NCBI GenBank assembly: GCA_963728205.1
Contig: CAVSIV010000001.1
Coordinates: 288,001 to 352,000 of the forward strand
From: an uncultured Chloroflexia bacterium
GTDB lineage: Bacteria; Chloroflexota; Dehalococcoidia; UBA2979
Reading direction: 5' to 3'
Length of the DNA: 64,000 nucleotides
In this document: positions 1 through 11,548 of the stretch, piece after piece
Position numbering within the stretch: the first letter of the stretch is position 1
How the letters are laid out: every line of letters begins with the position of its first letter
The notes under the pieces: generated by a model
The model's database searches: none
Seen by the model: only the letters and a program-made list of their open reading frames with translations
What the model was told of the DNA's origin: nothing
Translations under genes and position numbers: made by a program

Positions 1-300
1 GAGCTGACGCCCGGCCAGATGGGGCTCGACACGCACCCGTTCGAGGACATCGTGGGGGGCACGCCGCAGGAGAACGCGAAGCTGCTGCGCCAGATCTTCA
101 ACGCGGAGGGACCGCGCGCGGTGCGCGACCTCGTCGCCGCGAACGCCGGCGCGGCGCTGTACGTGACGGGGCTGGCGTCGTCGATCCGGCAGGGCGTCGA
201 GATGTCGCTCGAGGTGATCCGCAGTGGCGACGCCGCAGCGCGGCTGGGAGCGTTCGTCGAGGCGACGCGCCGCGTCGGCGCGGCGAAATCGGCGCGATGA
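1..300 (+). CDS. trpD: Anthranilate phosphoribosyltransferase, C-terminal part (truncated by window edge)
   Basis: Frame open from base 1; 'GGTPQENAKLLRQIF...DLVAANAGAALY...IRSGDA' is typical of the TrpD C-terminus; directly upstream of trpC. Confidence 0.9.
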   Translation, partial: ELTPGQMGLDTHPFEDIVGGTPQENAKLLRQIFNAEGPRAVRDLVAANAGAALYVTGLASSIRQGVEMSLEVIRSGDAAARLGAFVEATRRVGAAKSAR

Positions 301-328
301 TTCGCCGCGGGGTCCGGGGGGCGGCGCG

Positions 329-1254
<926 letters not shown>

Positions 1255-1258
<4 letters not shown>

Positions 1259-2024
1259 CCCTCATCAAGATCTGCGGCCACCGCACGCCGGACGACGTGC
1301 TCGCGGCGGCGAAGGCCGGCGCCGACTTCGTGGGCATCAACTTCGCGCGCTCGCCCCGCCGCGTCGACGCGCAGGAGGCGCAGGCGATGGTGCGTGCGCT
1401 CGGGCCGACGCTCGCCGATCACGAGATGACGCTCCCGCCGCCCGCGCAGCCTCGCGTGCGCGAGGAGGTCGGCCCGTGGTTCCGCCATGGCGCGGAGGTG
1501 ATCGAGGCCTACCTCGCCGTGAAGCGCCCGCTGACGGTGGGCATCTTCGCGGACCAGCCGATCGAGGAGGTCAACGAGCTCGCCGAGGAGGCGGGCGTCG
1601 ACCTCGTGCAGCTGTCGGGCGACGAGACGTGGGAGGACTGCCTGCTCGTCACGAAGCAGGTGATCCAGGTGGTGCACGTGTCCCCGATCGACTCGCCGCC
1701 GGACCCGATGGAGCAGGTGGAGCCGGGCTTCGCGCTCGCGCTCATGCTCGACGCCGCGCACGGCCCGTACCGCGGGGGCAACGGCCTGCCCTTCGACTGG
1801 GAGATCGCACGGCTGCTCTCGGAGCGCATCCCGATCGTGCTCGCCGGCGGGCTGACGCCGGAGAACGTCGGCGAGGCGATCGCCCGCGTCCGCCCGTGGA
1901 TGGTGGACGTGGCGAGCGGCACGGAGACCGACGGCCGCAAGGACTACGACAAGGTGCGCGCGTTCGTCGCCGCCGTCCGCGCCGCCGATGCCGCGGCGCG
2001 CGCGTCGGAGGGAGAGGCCTCGCG

Positions 2025-2028
<4 letters not shown>
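1255..2028 (+). CDS. trpF: Phosphoribosylanthranilate isomerase
   Basis: [39 protein letters not shown]; 4-nt overlap with trpC. Confidence 0.95.
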
Positions 2029-3227
<1,199 letters not shown>

Positions 3228-3430
3228 CGCGCCGACGGCGAGCAGCGGCGTGCAGCGGGCTCGACGGGCGCTGCCGGCGATCCGGCGACCGGGCCACGCG
3301 GGGACAGCGGCGCACGGCGGGCGTTCCGCCCGCCGCTCGCAATCCGACGACCGTCGCCACGGGGTCAGGCCGCAGGAGCGGGCCTGACGCCCGCTGTGCG
3401 CCTGCGGTGCGCCGAACGACCGGCAGCGCG

Positions 3431-4474
3431 CTACGCGGGCCGCTCGCTCCCACGGCGCAGTGGCGCCGACACCGCGTGCAGGTGGCCGAGGATCGCGCGC
3501 ATCGACCCCATCGCGCTCGTCTCCGCGTACGGCAGATCCGCCTCGGCGCAGAACGCCCGCACGATCGGCTGCGCGCGGTGCAGATTGTTGCGCGGCATCG
3601 TCGGGAAGAGGTGGTGCTCGACCTGGTAGTTGAGACCGCCGTAGAAGAGGTCCGTGAACCAGTGGCCGCGCACGTTGCGGCTCGTCAGCACCTGTCCGCG
3701 CAGGAAGTCGAGGTCGGCGTCGGCGGCGAACACCGGCATGCCCTTGTGGTTCGGCGCGAAGACCATGCCGTTGTAGACGCCCGAGATGCCCTGGCTGATC
3801 GCGAAGTAGCCGAGCGCCATCGGCCACCCGAGGTGCGTGAGCAGCAGCGCCCAGAACGCGACGTGCCCGGCGAGCGCCAGGCCTTCCCACACGCGGTGCC
3901 GCGGTGCGTCCGCGATCACGTGCTCGATCGCGCGCACGTGCATGTTCAGCGCCTGGAACGCGGCCAGCACGAAGAACAGCGGCGCCTGGTGCGCGATCAC
4001 CGGCCGCCAGAACGCGGACTTCTCCGCGATCTGCTGCTCGTCGAATGCCAGCATCGGGAACTCGATGTCCGGATCGCCGCCCAGCACGTTCGGCTTGCCG
4101 TGGTGCGCGTTGTGCTTGCGCGACCACCACGAGTAGCTGATGGCGACGAGGAAGTCGCCGACGATGATGCCGAGCACGGTCACCATGCGCCGGCTGCGCA
4201 CGATCTGGCGGTGCTGCAGGTCGTGACCGATCAGGCCGACCTGCGTCGTCATCACGCCCCCGGCCGCGGCCAGCAGCAGCACCAGCGGGCCGTGCACGAA
4301 GAAGGGCGCGGCGAGCACCGCGGCGTACACGGCGAGCGTGATCGCGATCTTGCGCGCGTAGTACGCCGGCTGCGTGTCGAGCAGTCCGGCGGCACGGATG
4401 CGTGCTTTCAGGGTGGAGTACTGGGCAGGGCGCGTGGACGTGCGAGCCGGCTCGAGCGCGGCGGCGAGGGTCAA
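3431..4474 (-). CDS. Membrane fatty acid (acyl-CoA/lipid) desaturase
   Basis: Three His boxes [18 protein letters not shown]; several hydrophobic segments. Confidence 0.9.
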   Translation of the reverse strand: MTLAAALEPARTSTRPAQYSTLKARIRAAGLLDTQPAYYARKIAITLAVYAAVLAAPFFVHGPLVLLLAAAGGVMTTQVGLIGHDLQHRQIVRSRRMVTVLGIIVGDFLVAISYSWWSRKHNAHHGKPNVLGGDPDIEFPMLAFDEQQIAEKSAFWRPVIAHQAPLFFVLAAFQALNMHVRAIEHVIADAPRHRVWEGLALAGHVAFWALLLTHLGWPMALGYFAISQGISGVYNGMVFAPNHKGMPVFAADADLDFLRGQVLTSRNVRGHWFTDLFYGGLNYQVEHHLFPTMPRNNLHRAQPIVRAFCAEADLPYAETSAMGSMRAILGHLHAVSAPLRRGSERPA

Positions 4475-4626
4475 AAGGCAATTCCCAACAAACGCGGAGG
4501 TGATGACCTGCGCGCCACGCCCGCAGGCGAGCGCTCGGTCGAGAGGTTTTCAGTGTAGCGGCCGCGAGCGTCGCGTGCCGATGTCGCCGGCGGCGCGATC
4601 CGGGGCCGGGCGCTACGCTCGTTCGC

Positions 4627-5370
4627 ATGTTCGCCGACTGGCCCGCCGAGGAGGACGACGTGTCGTTCCGCCGCCACGTGTGGCGCGGCAGCGACGTCGC
4701 GCTCGGGTTCATGGGGATCCTGCTCGGCTTCGCGGCCGTCATCGCGCTCGGCGTCGCGATCGCCGCCATCTCCGGCGTCACCTCCGACACCGGCGCGGAC
4801 GTCCCCGGGGCGCTCGTCACGATGGGCTTCGAGGCGCTGCTCGGCGCCATCGTGCTGCTGCTCGCGGCGCGGCGCCGGCTCTCGCTGCGCCAGCTCGGGT
4901 TGCACCGGCCGCCCGACGGCGGCCGCGTGGTGACGGCGCTCGTCGGCGCGTACGCCACCTTCATCGCCTACCAGTTCCTGCTCGACGCCATCCGCCGGCT
5001 CGGCGTCGACGTCTCGCGCTTCAACCAGGGCAACCCGATCCCGACCGGTCCGCATACCGGGGTCGCGACGTGGGTGCTGCTGGGCATCGCCGTCGTCGTC
5101 ATCGCGCCCGTCACCGAGGAGCTGTTCTTCCGGGCGTTCGTCTTTCGCGCGATCGCCGGCGCGATGCCGATGTGGCCGGCGTTCCTGCTCAGCGGCCTCG
5201 CCTTCGCGCTGTTCCATCTCAACGCGAGCGTGCTCGTGCCGTTCACGTTCGTCGGCGCGTTCTTCGCCTGGTCGTACTGGCGCTCGGGCTCGCTCTGGAC
5301 GTCAATCACCGCGCACGCCATCGTGAATGGTGCCAGCTTCGTGTTCACGGTCACGGGGATGATCAAGTGA
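4627..5370 (+). CDS. CPBP (CAAX/Abi) family intramembrane glutamic endopeptidase
   Basis: [24 protein letters not shown] motifs; multi-TM; TACGCT -10 box 7 nt before the ATG. Confidence 0.9.
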   Translation: MFADWPAEEDDVSFRRHVWRGSDVALGFMGILLGFAAVIALGVAIAAISGVTSDTGADVPGALVTMGFEALLGAIVLLLAARRRLSLRQLGLHRPPDGGRVVTALVGAYATFIAYQFLLDAIRRLGVDVSRFNQGNPIPTGPHTGVATWVLLGIAVVVIAPVTEELFFRAFVFRAIAGAMPMWPAFLLSGLAFALFHLNASVLVPFTFVGAFFAWSYWRSGSLWTSITAHAIVNGASFVFTVTGMIK

Positions 5371-6170
5371 CGACGGATCGCATCGCCGAGATGTTCGCGC
5401 GGACGCGCGCGGAGGGCCGCCCGGCGATCATCGTCTTCGCGCCCGCCGGCTGGCCGGAGGCCGGCGCGACGGCCGACATCATCGCGACGGCCGTGGACGC
5501 CGGCGCCGACGCCTTCGAGGTGGGCCTGCCGTTCAGCGACCCGCTCGCCGACGGCGTGACCAACCAGGAGGCGTACCAGCAGGCGCTCGCGCTTGGCGCG
5601 AACACGGAGACCGTGCTGGCCTCCGTGCGCGAGGCGCGCGACCGCGGCGTCACCGCGCCGCTCCTGATCATGGGGTACTTCAACCCGCTGCTCGCCTATG
5701 GCCTGCGTCGCTTCACACAGGACGCCGCCGCCGCGGGGGTCGACGGGCTGATCATCGTCGACCTGCCGCCGAACGAGGCGGGCGAGCTCGAGGCGCCGGC
5801 GCGCGAAGCCGGCCTGCACCTCGTCTTCCTGCTCGCGCCCACGTCGACCGAGGACCGCATCCGCGCCGTCGCCGAGCACGCGGGCGGCTTTATCTACTGC
5901 GTGAGCGTCACCGGCGTGACCGGGGCGCGGGACGAGCTCCCCGAGGACCTCGGCGCGTTCCTCGGCCGCGTGCGCCGCGCGACCGACCTGCCGCTCGCCG
6001 TCGGGTTCGGCATCTCGGCGCGGCGGCACGTGGAGGCCGTGGGCCGCGTCGCCGACGGCGCCGTGATCGGAAGCGCGTTCGTCCGTACCATTGCAGATGG
6101 ACCCATCGCGGAGCGCGCGGAGCGCATCCGCCGATTCCTGGGGGGACTCACCGGTCGTGTGTCTGGATGA
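5367..6170 (+). CDS. trpA: Tryptophan synthase alpha chain
   Basis: [53 protein letters not shown]; GTG overlaps the CPBP stop. Confidence 0.96.
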   Translation: MTTDRIAEMFARTRAEGRPAIIVFAPAGWPEAGATADIIATAVDAGADAFEVGLPFSDPLADGVTNQEAYQQALALGANTETVLASVREARDRGVTAPLLIMGYFNPLLAYGLRRFTQDAAAAGVDGLIIVDLPPNEAGELEAPAREAGLHLVFLLAPTSTEDRIRAVAEHAGGFIYCVSVTGVTGARDELPEDLGAFLGRVRRATDLPLAVGFGISARRHVEAVGRVADGAVIGSAFVRTIADGPIAERAERIRRFLGGLTGRVSG

Positions 6171-6352
6171 CCTGCGGCAACCGCACGAGCACCCGTGGCT
6201 CGGGAGCTTCGCGTCGTATACGCGGAGCCACGCGGTGCCGGCCGTCCCGACCGCGGCCGGTCCGTTTGGCTCCTGACTCCCTGCGGGCGCGGCCGTGTGC
6301 CGCCGGCCCGAGGTCGCTGGCAGCGAGTGCGAACGAACGGAGCCCCCGCGGC

Positions 6353-6739
6353 ATGCTCGTCCGAGGCATCAGAGGCGCGACCACCGTCGCGGCCAACACG
6401 CGCAACGACATCCTGCGAGCGGCCGACGAGTTGCTCGGGGAGTTGGTGCGCGCGAACGCCATCGAGCGGGACCTGGTGGCTTCGATCCTGTTCACGACCA
6501 CGCCCGACCTCAACGCCGAGTTCCCGGCCGTCGCCGCCCGTGAGGCGGGGTGGACGGAGACGGCCCTCGAGTGCGTACATGAGATGAACGTCCCGGGCAG
6601 CCTCGCGCGGTGTCTGCGCATCCTGATGCACGTGAACACCGACCGGCCGCTGTCCGAGATCAAGCACGTCTCCCTCCACGGCGCGCGCGTCCTGCGGCGC
6701 GACCTGGCCGGTGACGAGATGGCGGAGGCCACCAGGTGA
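6353..6739 (+). CDS. aroH: Chorismate mutase, AroH type
   Basis: VRGIRGATT, FTTTPDLNAEFPAVAAR, EMNVPGSLARCLR, LRRDL. Confidence 0.94.
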   Translation: MLVRGIRGATTVAANTRNDILRAADELLGELVRANAIERDLVASILFTTTPDLNAEFPAVAAREAGWTETALECVHEMNVPGSLARCLRILMHVNTDRPLSEIKHVSLHGARVLRRDLAGDEMAEATR

Positions 6740-7785
6740 TTGTGATCATGAAACTCGGGCACGAGCCGGAGCAGCGCGACGCGGTGATCCACCGCATCAC
6801 GGAGCTCGGCCTCAGCGCGCAGCCCATCTACGGCGAGACGCGCACGGTGATCGCCGTGCTCGGGCAGGTCATGCCCGAGCTGAAGGACGAGCTGTCGACC
6901 ATCGACGGCGTCGACGAGGTGCTGCGCGTCTCGAAGCCCTACAAGCTGTCGAACCGCGAGGTGCACGTCGACGACACGGTCGTCGACGTCGGCCACGGCG
7001 TGAAGGTCGGCGGCGGGCGGCCGGTGTTCATGGCCGGGCCGTGCTCGATCGAGTCGCTCGATCAGCTGCACGCCGCAGGCGTGGGGGTGAAGGCGGCCGG
7101 GGCGCACGTGCTGCGCGGCGGCGCGTTCAAGCCGCGCACGTCGCCGTACTCGTTCCAGGGTCTCGGGCTCGCCGGCCTGAAGATGCTCAAGCAGGTCGGC
7201 GACGAGCTGGGCATGCCGACGATCACCGAGCTGCTCTCGGTGCGCGACGTCGAAGCCGTGGCGGAGCACGCCGACATCCTGCAGATCGGCGCGCGCAACA
7301 TGTCGAACTTCGTGCTGCTGGCGGAGGCCGGGAAGACCGGCAAGCCGGTGATGCTGAAGCGCGGCCCGGCGAGCACGATCGAAGAGTGGCTGCTGGCAGC
7401 GGACTACATCCTCAACCAGGACAACCCGAACGTGATGCTCTGCGAGCGTGGCATCCGCACCTTCGAGACCGCGACGCGCAACACCCTCGACCTCAATGCG
7501 GTCGCGCTGGCGAAGCGCCTGAGCCATCTGCCGGTGATCTCCGACCCGTCCCACGGGACGGGCAAGTGGTACCTGGTGCGGCCGATGTCGATGGGCTCGA
7601 TCGCCGTCGGCGCGGACGGCCTGATGATCGAGGTGCACCCGAACCCGGATCACGCCCTGTCGGATGGCGCGCAGTCGCTCACGCCGCGCAACTTCGCGGA
7701 GGTGGCGGCCGAGGCGCGCGCGCTGGCGGCGGCGATCGGGCGGCCGTTCGCGGACGCGCTGCCGACGGCCGTGGCCGCGGGCTAG
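6736..7785 (+). CDS. aroF: DAHP synthase (class I-beta, N-terminal regulatory domain)
   Basis: [62 protein letters not shown]. Confidence 0.96.
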   Translation: MIVIMKLGHEPEQRDAVIHRITELGLSAQPIYGETRTVIAVLGQVMPELKDELSTIDGVDEVLRVSKPYKLSNREVHVDDTVVDVGHGVKVGGGRPVFMAGPCSIESLDQLHAAGVGVKAAGAHVLRGGAFKPRTSPYSFQGLGLAGLKMLKQVGDELGMPTITELLSVRDVEAVAEHADILQIGARNMSNFVLLAEAGKTGKPVMLKRGPASTIEEWLLAADYILNQDNPNVMLCERGIRTFETATRNTLDLNAVALAKRLSHLPVISDPSHGTGKWYLVRPMSMGSIAVGADGLMIEVHPNPDHALSDGAQSLTPRNFAEVAAEARALAAAIGRPFADALPTAVAAG

Positions 7786-7810
7786 CGCGGGCGTGACGGA
7801 GGAGCGCACG

Positions 7811-8731
7811 ATGGGCGACCGCGACCCGCGGACGACGCCGGGGGCCGCCGACGAGGCGGCCCAGGCGGCGGACGCGGCGGTCGCGGGCAGCGACGCCGCG
7901 GCGCCGCGCGCGGCAGACGCCGCGGTCGCGGGCGATGATGCCGGGGCGGCCGTCGACGGCGGTGAGCGCGGGATCCGCGTCGACCTGCCGGTCTTTCAGG
8001 GCCCACTCGACCTGCTGCTGCACCTGATCGAGCGCAACGAGCTCGACATCACCGCGGTCTCGCTGCTCGCGGTCACCGAGCAATACATGGCGCAGCTGCG
8101 CAACACCGACCGCATCAACGTCGCCGCGCTCGCTGACTTCATCGCCGTCGGCGCGCGCCTCCTCCTCCTGAAGTCGCGCGCCCTGCTGCAGCGCGACGAG
8201 GAGGCCGTCGCGGACGAGGCCGACTCCGACGCCACCGATCTCATCGACGCCCTCAAGGAGTACCGCCGCTTCAAGGAGGCCGCGGAGTTCCTGCGCGAGC
8301 GGGACGGCGGCCACGCGACGTACCGCCGGCAGGCGACGCCGCCGAAGGTTGCGCTGCCCACCGGCCTCGACAGCGTCACACTCGACTCCCTCACCGACCT
8401 GCTGCGCGAGATCCTCGCGCGCATGCCCGAAGAGGAGCCGCAGGGCGAGGTGCGGCGCGACCCCATCCGCCTGCGCGACCGCATGCGCCGCCTCGTCGAC
8501 ACGCTGGAGTCGACCGGCAGCACGTCGTTCCGCCGCCTGATCGAGTCGGCCGCTTCGCGCACCGAGGTGATCGTCGACTTCATGGCCGTCCTGGAGCTGA
8601 TCAAGTCGCGCTACCTGGCGGCGCGGCAGTCGGAGGCGTTCGGCGACATCGACCTCGTGAAGTACGAGGGCGCGCTCGCGCCGAACCTGGATCTGCTGGC
8701 GGAGCAGGCGGAGCTGGGCGGCGATGAGTAG
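7811..8731 (+). CDS. scpA: Segregation/condensation protein A (SMC kleisin)
   Basis: FQGPLDLLLHLI, LLLLKSRALL, FMAVLELIK, QSEAFGDI. Confidence 0.93.
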   Translation: MGDRDPRTTPGAADEAAQAADAAVAGSDAAAPRAADAAVAGDDAGAAVDGGERGIRVDLPVFQGPLDLLLHLIERNELDITAVSLLAVTEQYMAQLRNTDRINVAALADFIAVGARLLLLKSRALLQRDEEAVADEADSDATDLIDALKEYRRFKEAAEFLRERDGGHATYRRQATPPKVALPTGLDSVTLDSLTDLLREILARMPEEEPQGEVRRDPIRLRDRMRRLVDTLESTGSTSFRRLIESAASRTEVIVDFMAVLELIKSRYLAARQSEAFGDIDLVKYEGALAPNLDLLAEQAELGGDE

Positions 8732-8829
8732 GTGGCCCGGCGCTCCGGCTGGCGCCCCGGGCGCGGTGGTACGATGCCGCCGAGCCTCATTCGGACATCG
8801 AGCAGCTGGCGAGAAGGGACCCGTGGCCC

Positions 8830-9750
8830 GTGCTACTCGTCCGTGAGGAGCTGCGCCGCAGCGCGACGTCCGGCGCTCACGCGCTCTCCATCGGCGTCTT
8901 CGACGGCGTCCATCTCGGCCATCGCATGCTGATCGAGCGTCTCCGCGCCGAGGCGCGAACTCGCGGCCTCGGCACCGGCATCATCACCTTCCACCCCCAC
9001 CCCGTCACCGTCGTCCGCCCGGACATTCCGTTCTCCTACCTCGAGTCGCTCGAGCGCCGCGTCGAGCTGATCCGCGGCCTCGGCGTCGACTTCGTCTCCG
9101 TCCTCCAGTTCACCTCCGAGCTGCAGCAGGTTTCCGCGCTCGACTTCGTGCGCATCCTCGTCGAGGAGACGCAGATGCGCGTGCTCGTGGTCGGCGAGGA
9201 CTTCCACCTCGGCCGTGGCCGCGAGGGCGACACCGCGAAGCTCGCGGAGTACGGGCGCGACCTCGGCTTCGACGTCGTCGCACTCCCACTGCTGCAGAGC
9301 GACGCCGACCGCGTGTCGTCGACGCGCGTGCGCCAGGCGCTGGCCGCCGGCGACATGGAGCTCGTGGCGCAGCTGCTGGGCCGCCCGTACTCGCTGCGCG
9401 GCCCCGTGCTGCGTGGCGACCAGCGCGGGCAGAGCATCGGCTTCCCGACGATCAACATCGGCGTCAGCGCCGACCGCGCGCTGCCGCCCGACGGCGTCTA
9501 TGTGACGCGAGCCGAGGTCGGCGAATCGACGCACCACGCCGTCACGAACATCGGCACGCAGCCGACCTTCGAGGGCGCGACGCGTCGCGTGGAGACGCAT
9601 CTGCTCGACTTCGCGGGCGACCTCTACGGCCAGGTGGCGCGCATCGAGCTGCTGCACCGCCTGCGCGCGGAGCTGAAGTTCGACGGCGTGGAGTCGCTGG
9701 TCGCGCAGATCGGGCGCGACGTGGAGGCGACGCGGGAGTGGTTCGCATGA
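8830..9750 (+). CDS. ribF: Bifunctional riboflavin kinase/FAD synthetase
   Basis: IGVFDGVHLGH, VVGEDFHLG, VSSTRVR, GFPTIN, NIGTQPTF, ETHLLDF. Confidence 0.96.
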   Translation: MLLVREELRRSATSGAHALSIGVFDGVHLGHRMLIERLRAEARTRGLGTGIITFHPHPVTVVRPDIPFSYLESLERRVELIRGLGVDFVSVLQFTSELQQVSALDFVRILVEETQMRVLVVGEDFHLGRGREGDTAKLAEYGRDLGFDVVALPLLQSDADRVSSTRVRQALAAGDMELVAQLLGRPYSLRGPVLRGDQRGQSIGFPTINIGVSADRALPPDGVYVTRAEVGESTHHAVTNIGTQPTFEGATRRVETHLLDFAGDLYGQVARIELLHRLRAELKFDGVESLVAQIGRDVEATREWFA

Positions 9751-10994
9751 CGGCTTCGCAGGCGGCCGACTCGCCGCGGCGCATGGCGCCCGTCGACGAG
9801 CAGATGCGCGTGCTGCTCAACGGCACCGAGTACGGCGACGAGGAGACGCGTCGCACGATGGAGCGCGAGCTGCGCGCCCGCCTGGAGGAGGACCGCCCGC
9901 TCCGCGTGTACTGTGGCTACGACCCGACGAAAGCCGACCTCCACCTGGGCCACACGCTGACGATGCGCAAGCTGCGCCAGTTCCAGGACTTCGGCCACGA
10001 GGTGACGTTCCTGATCGGCGACTTCACGGGCCTCGTGGGCGACCCGTCCGAGAAGAACAAGGAACGCCCGATGATCTCCGCCGAGGAGCTCGCGGCGAAC
10101 GCGCGCACCTACGCGCAGCAGGCGTTCCGCATCCTCGACGGCGAGCGCACGGTCGTGCGCCACAACGCGGACTGGCTCGGCAGGCTCACCTTCGCCGACG
10201 TCGTCCGGCTCGCGGCGAAGTTCACCGTCGCGCAGTTCCTGCGCCGCGACAACTTCGCGAAGCGCTTCGAGCGCGGCGACGCCATCCACCTCAGCGAGTT
10301 CATGTACGCGATCATGCAGGCGTACGACGCGGTGCACATGCAGACCGACGTGCAGGTCGGCGGCACCGAGCAGCTCTTCAACCTCATGGCCGGCCGCACG
10401 CTCCAGGAGCAGGCGGGCCAGCGTCCGCAAATCGTCGTCACGCTGCCGATCCTCGTCGGCACCGACGGCCACGACCGCATGTCGAAGTCGACCGGCAACT
10501 ACATCGGCATCGACGAGCCGCCGAGCGACATCTACGGCAAGCTGATGTCGATCCCGGATTCCGCGATCCTCGACTACTTCACGCTGGCGTCGCCGGCGCC
10601 GCCCGACGAGGTCGACGCGATCCGCCGCGCGCTCGAGGACGGCGCGCTGAAGCCGATGGACGCGAAGAAGCGGCTGGCGTTCGCGATCACGGAGTCGCTC
10701 TACACGACCGCCGACGCCGAGGCCGCGCAGCGCTTCTTCGAGACGACGATCCAGCGCAAGGAGACGCCCGACGAGATGCCCGAGCACCGACTCGCCGAGT
10801 CGGCGCCGCTCCACCGCGTGCTGGTCGAGGCGGGGCTCGCTTCGAGCAACGCCGAGGCGCGCCGGCTGGTCGCGCAGGGCGCGGTGGCGCTCAACGGCGA
10901 GCCGGTGGCGGAGTTCACGACCGAGGTATCGCCGGGCGATGAGCTCAGGGTCGGGAAGCATCGCTTCCTGAGGCTCGTCGACGGCGCTCAGTAG
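9747..10994 (+). CDS. tyrS: Tyrosine--tRNA ligase
   Basis: GYDPTKADLHLGH (HIGH), GGTEQLFN, RMSKS (KMSKS), C-terminal S4 domain. Confidence 0.97.
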   Translation: MTASQAADSPRRMAPVDEQMRVLLNGTEYGDEETRRTMERELRARLEEDRPLRVYCGYDPTKADLHLGHTLTMRKLRQFQDFGHEVTFLIGDFTGLVGDPSEKNKERPMISAEELAANARTYAQQAFRILDGERTVVRHNADWLGRLTFADVVRLAAKFTVAQFLRRDNFAKRFERGDAIHLSEFMYAIMQAYDAVHMQTDVQVGGTEQLFNLMAGRTLQEQAGQRPQIVVTLPILVGTDGHDRMSKSTGNYIGIDEPPSDIYGKLMSIPDSAILDYFTLASPAPPDEVDAIRRALEDGALKPMDAKKRLAFAITESLYTTADAEAAQRFFETTIQRKETPDEMPEHRLAESAPLHRVLVEAGLASSNAEARRLVAQGAVALNGEPVAEFTTEVSPGDELRVGKHRFLRLVDGAQ

Positions 10995-11025
10995 ACACAG
11001 GGATGGCAGGCGGGGGGCTCAGCCG

Positions 11026-11475
11026 ATGATGGACAACGGGGTCGAAGTCGATATCGATGCGGTCACGCGCAACGTCGACGAGGCTGAGGTGGTGACGTTC
11101 TACTTCCCGATCCTCGGGAAGACGCTGCTGGTCGACACGCGGTCGAGCGAGCACGTCGGCCCGATGATCCGCATCGTACCGATCGCGGACAGCTCCGCGG
11201 AGCGACTGCGCTCGCTGCGCCGGCTCCGGCCGGAGTTGCCGCGCCCGAACTCGATCACGCTGATCCCGTGGAACCGCAGCATCGCGTCGCTGGTGAAGCT
11301 CGGCGTGTGGCAGCACCTGACGCGCCGGTTCGACGCCCGTCTGGATGCCGACACCTACCTCACCGCCGGCGAGCGCTGCCTGCGCCGCCTGCGCGAGCTG
11401 GAGCGCGACGAGCTGCGCTGCGCGATCACCGGGGCGCGCTACGAGGCGCTCTGGTCACGCGAGGAGAGCTCGTAG
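11026..11475 (+). CDS. Hypothetical protein (149 aa)
   Basis: Clean ORF with genome-typical codon usage between tyrS and the convergent EF-G paralog; no family recognised. Confidence 0.75.
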   Translation: MMDNGVEVDIDAVTRNVDEAEVVTFYFPILGKTLLVDTRSSEHVGPMIRIVPIADSSAERLRSLRRLRPELPRPNSITLIPWNRSIASLVKLGVWQHLTRRFDARLDADTYLTAGERCLRRLRELERDELRCAITGARYEALWSREESS

Positions 11476-11480
11476 CCCGT

Positions 11481-11544
11481 CATCCAAAGCGGCGGCAGAC
11501 ATGCCGCCGACCGATCGGCGGCATGTCTGCCGCCGCTTTGGATG
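11481..11544. repeat. Perfect 30-bp inverted repeat (REP doublet, family A); probable bidirectional terminator
   Basis: catccaaagcggcggcagacatgccgccga-ccga-tcggcggcatgtctgccgccgctttggatg; each arm holds the palindrome cggcggca-gaca-tgccgccg; lies between convergent genes. Confidence 0.93.
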
Positions 11545-11548
11545 TGGC

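Noticed and set aside
3268-3429. Imperfect inverted repeat between trpB and the desaturase (gcgctgccgg ... ccggcagcgc)
   Set aside because: Only about 10 bp perfect in very GC-rich DNA; not clearly above chance
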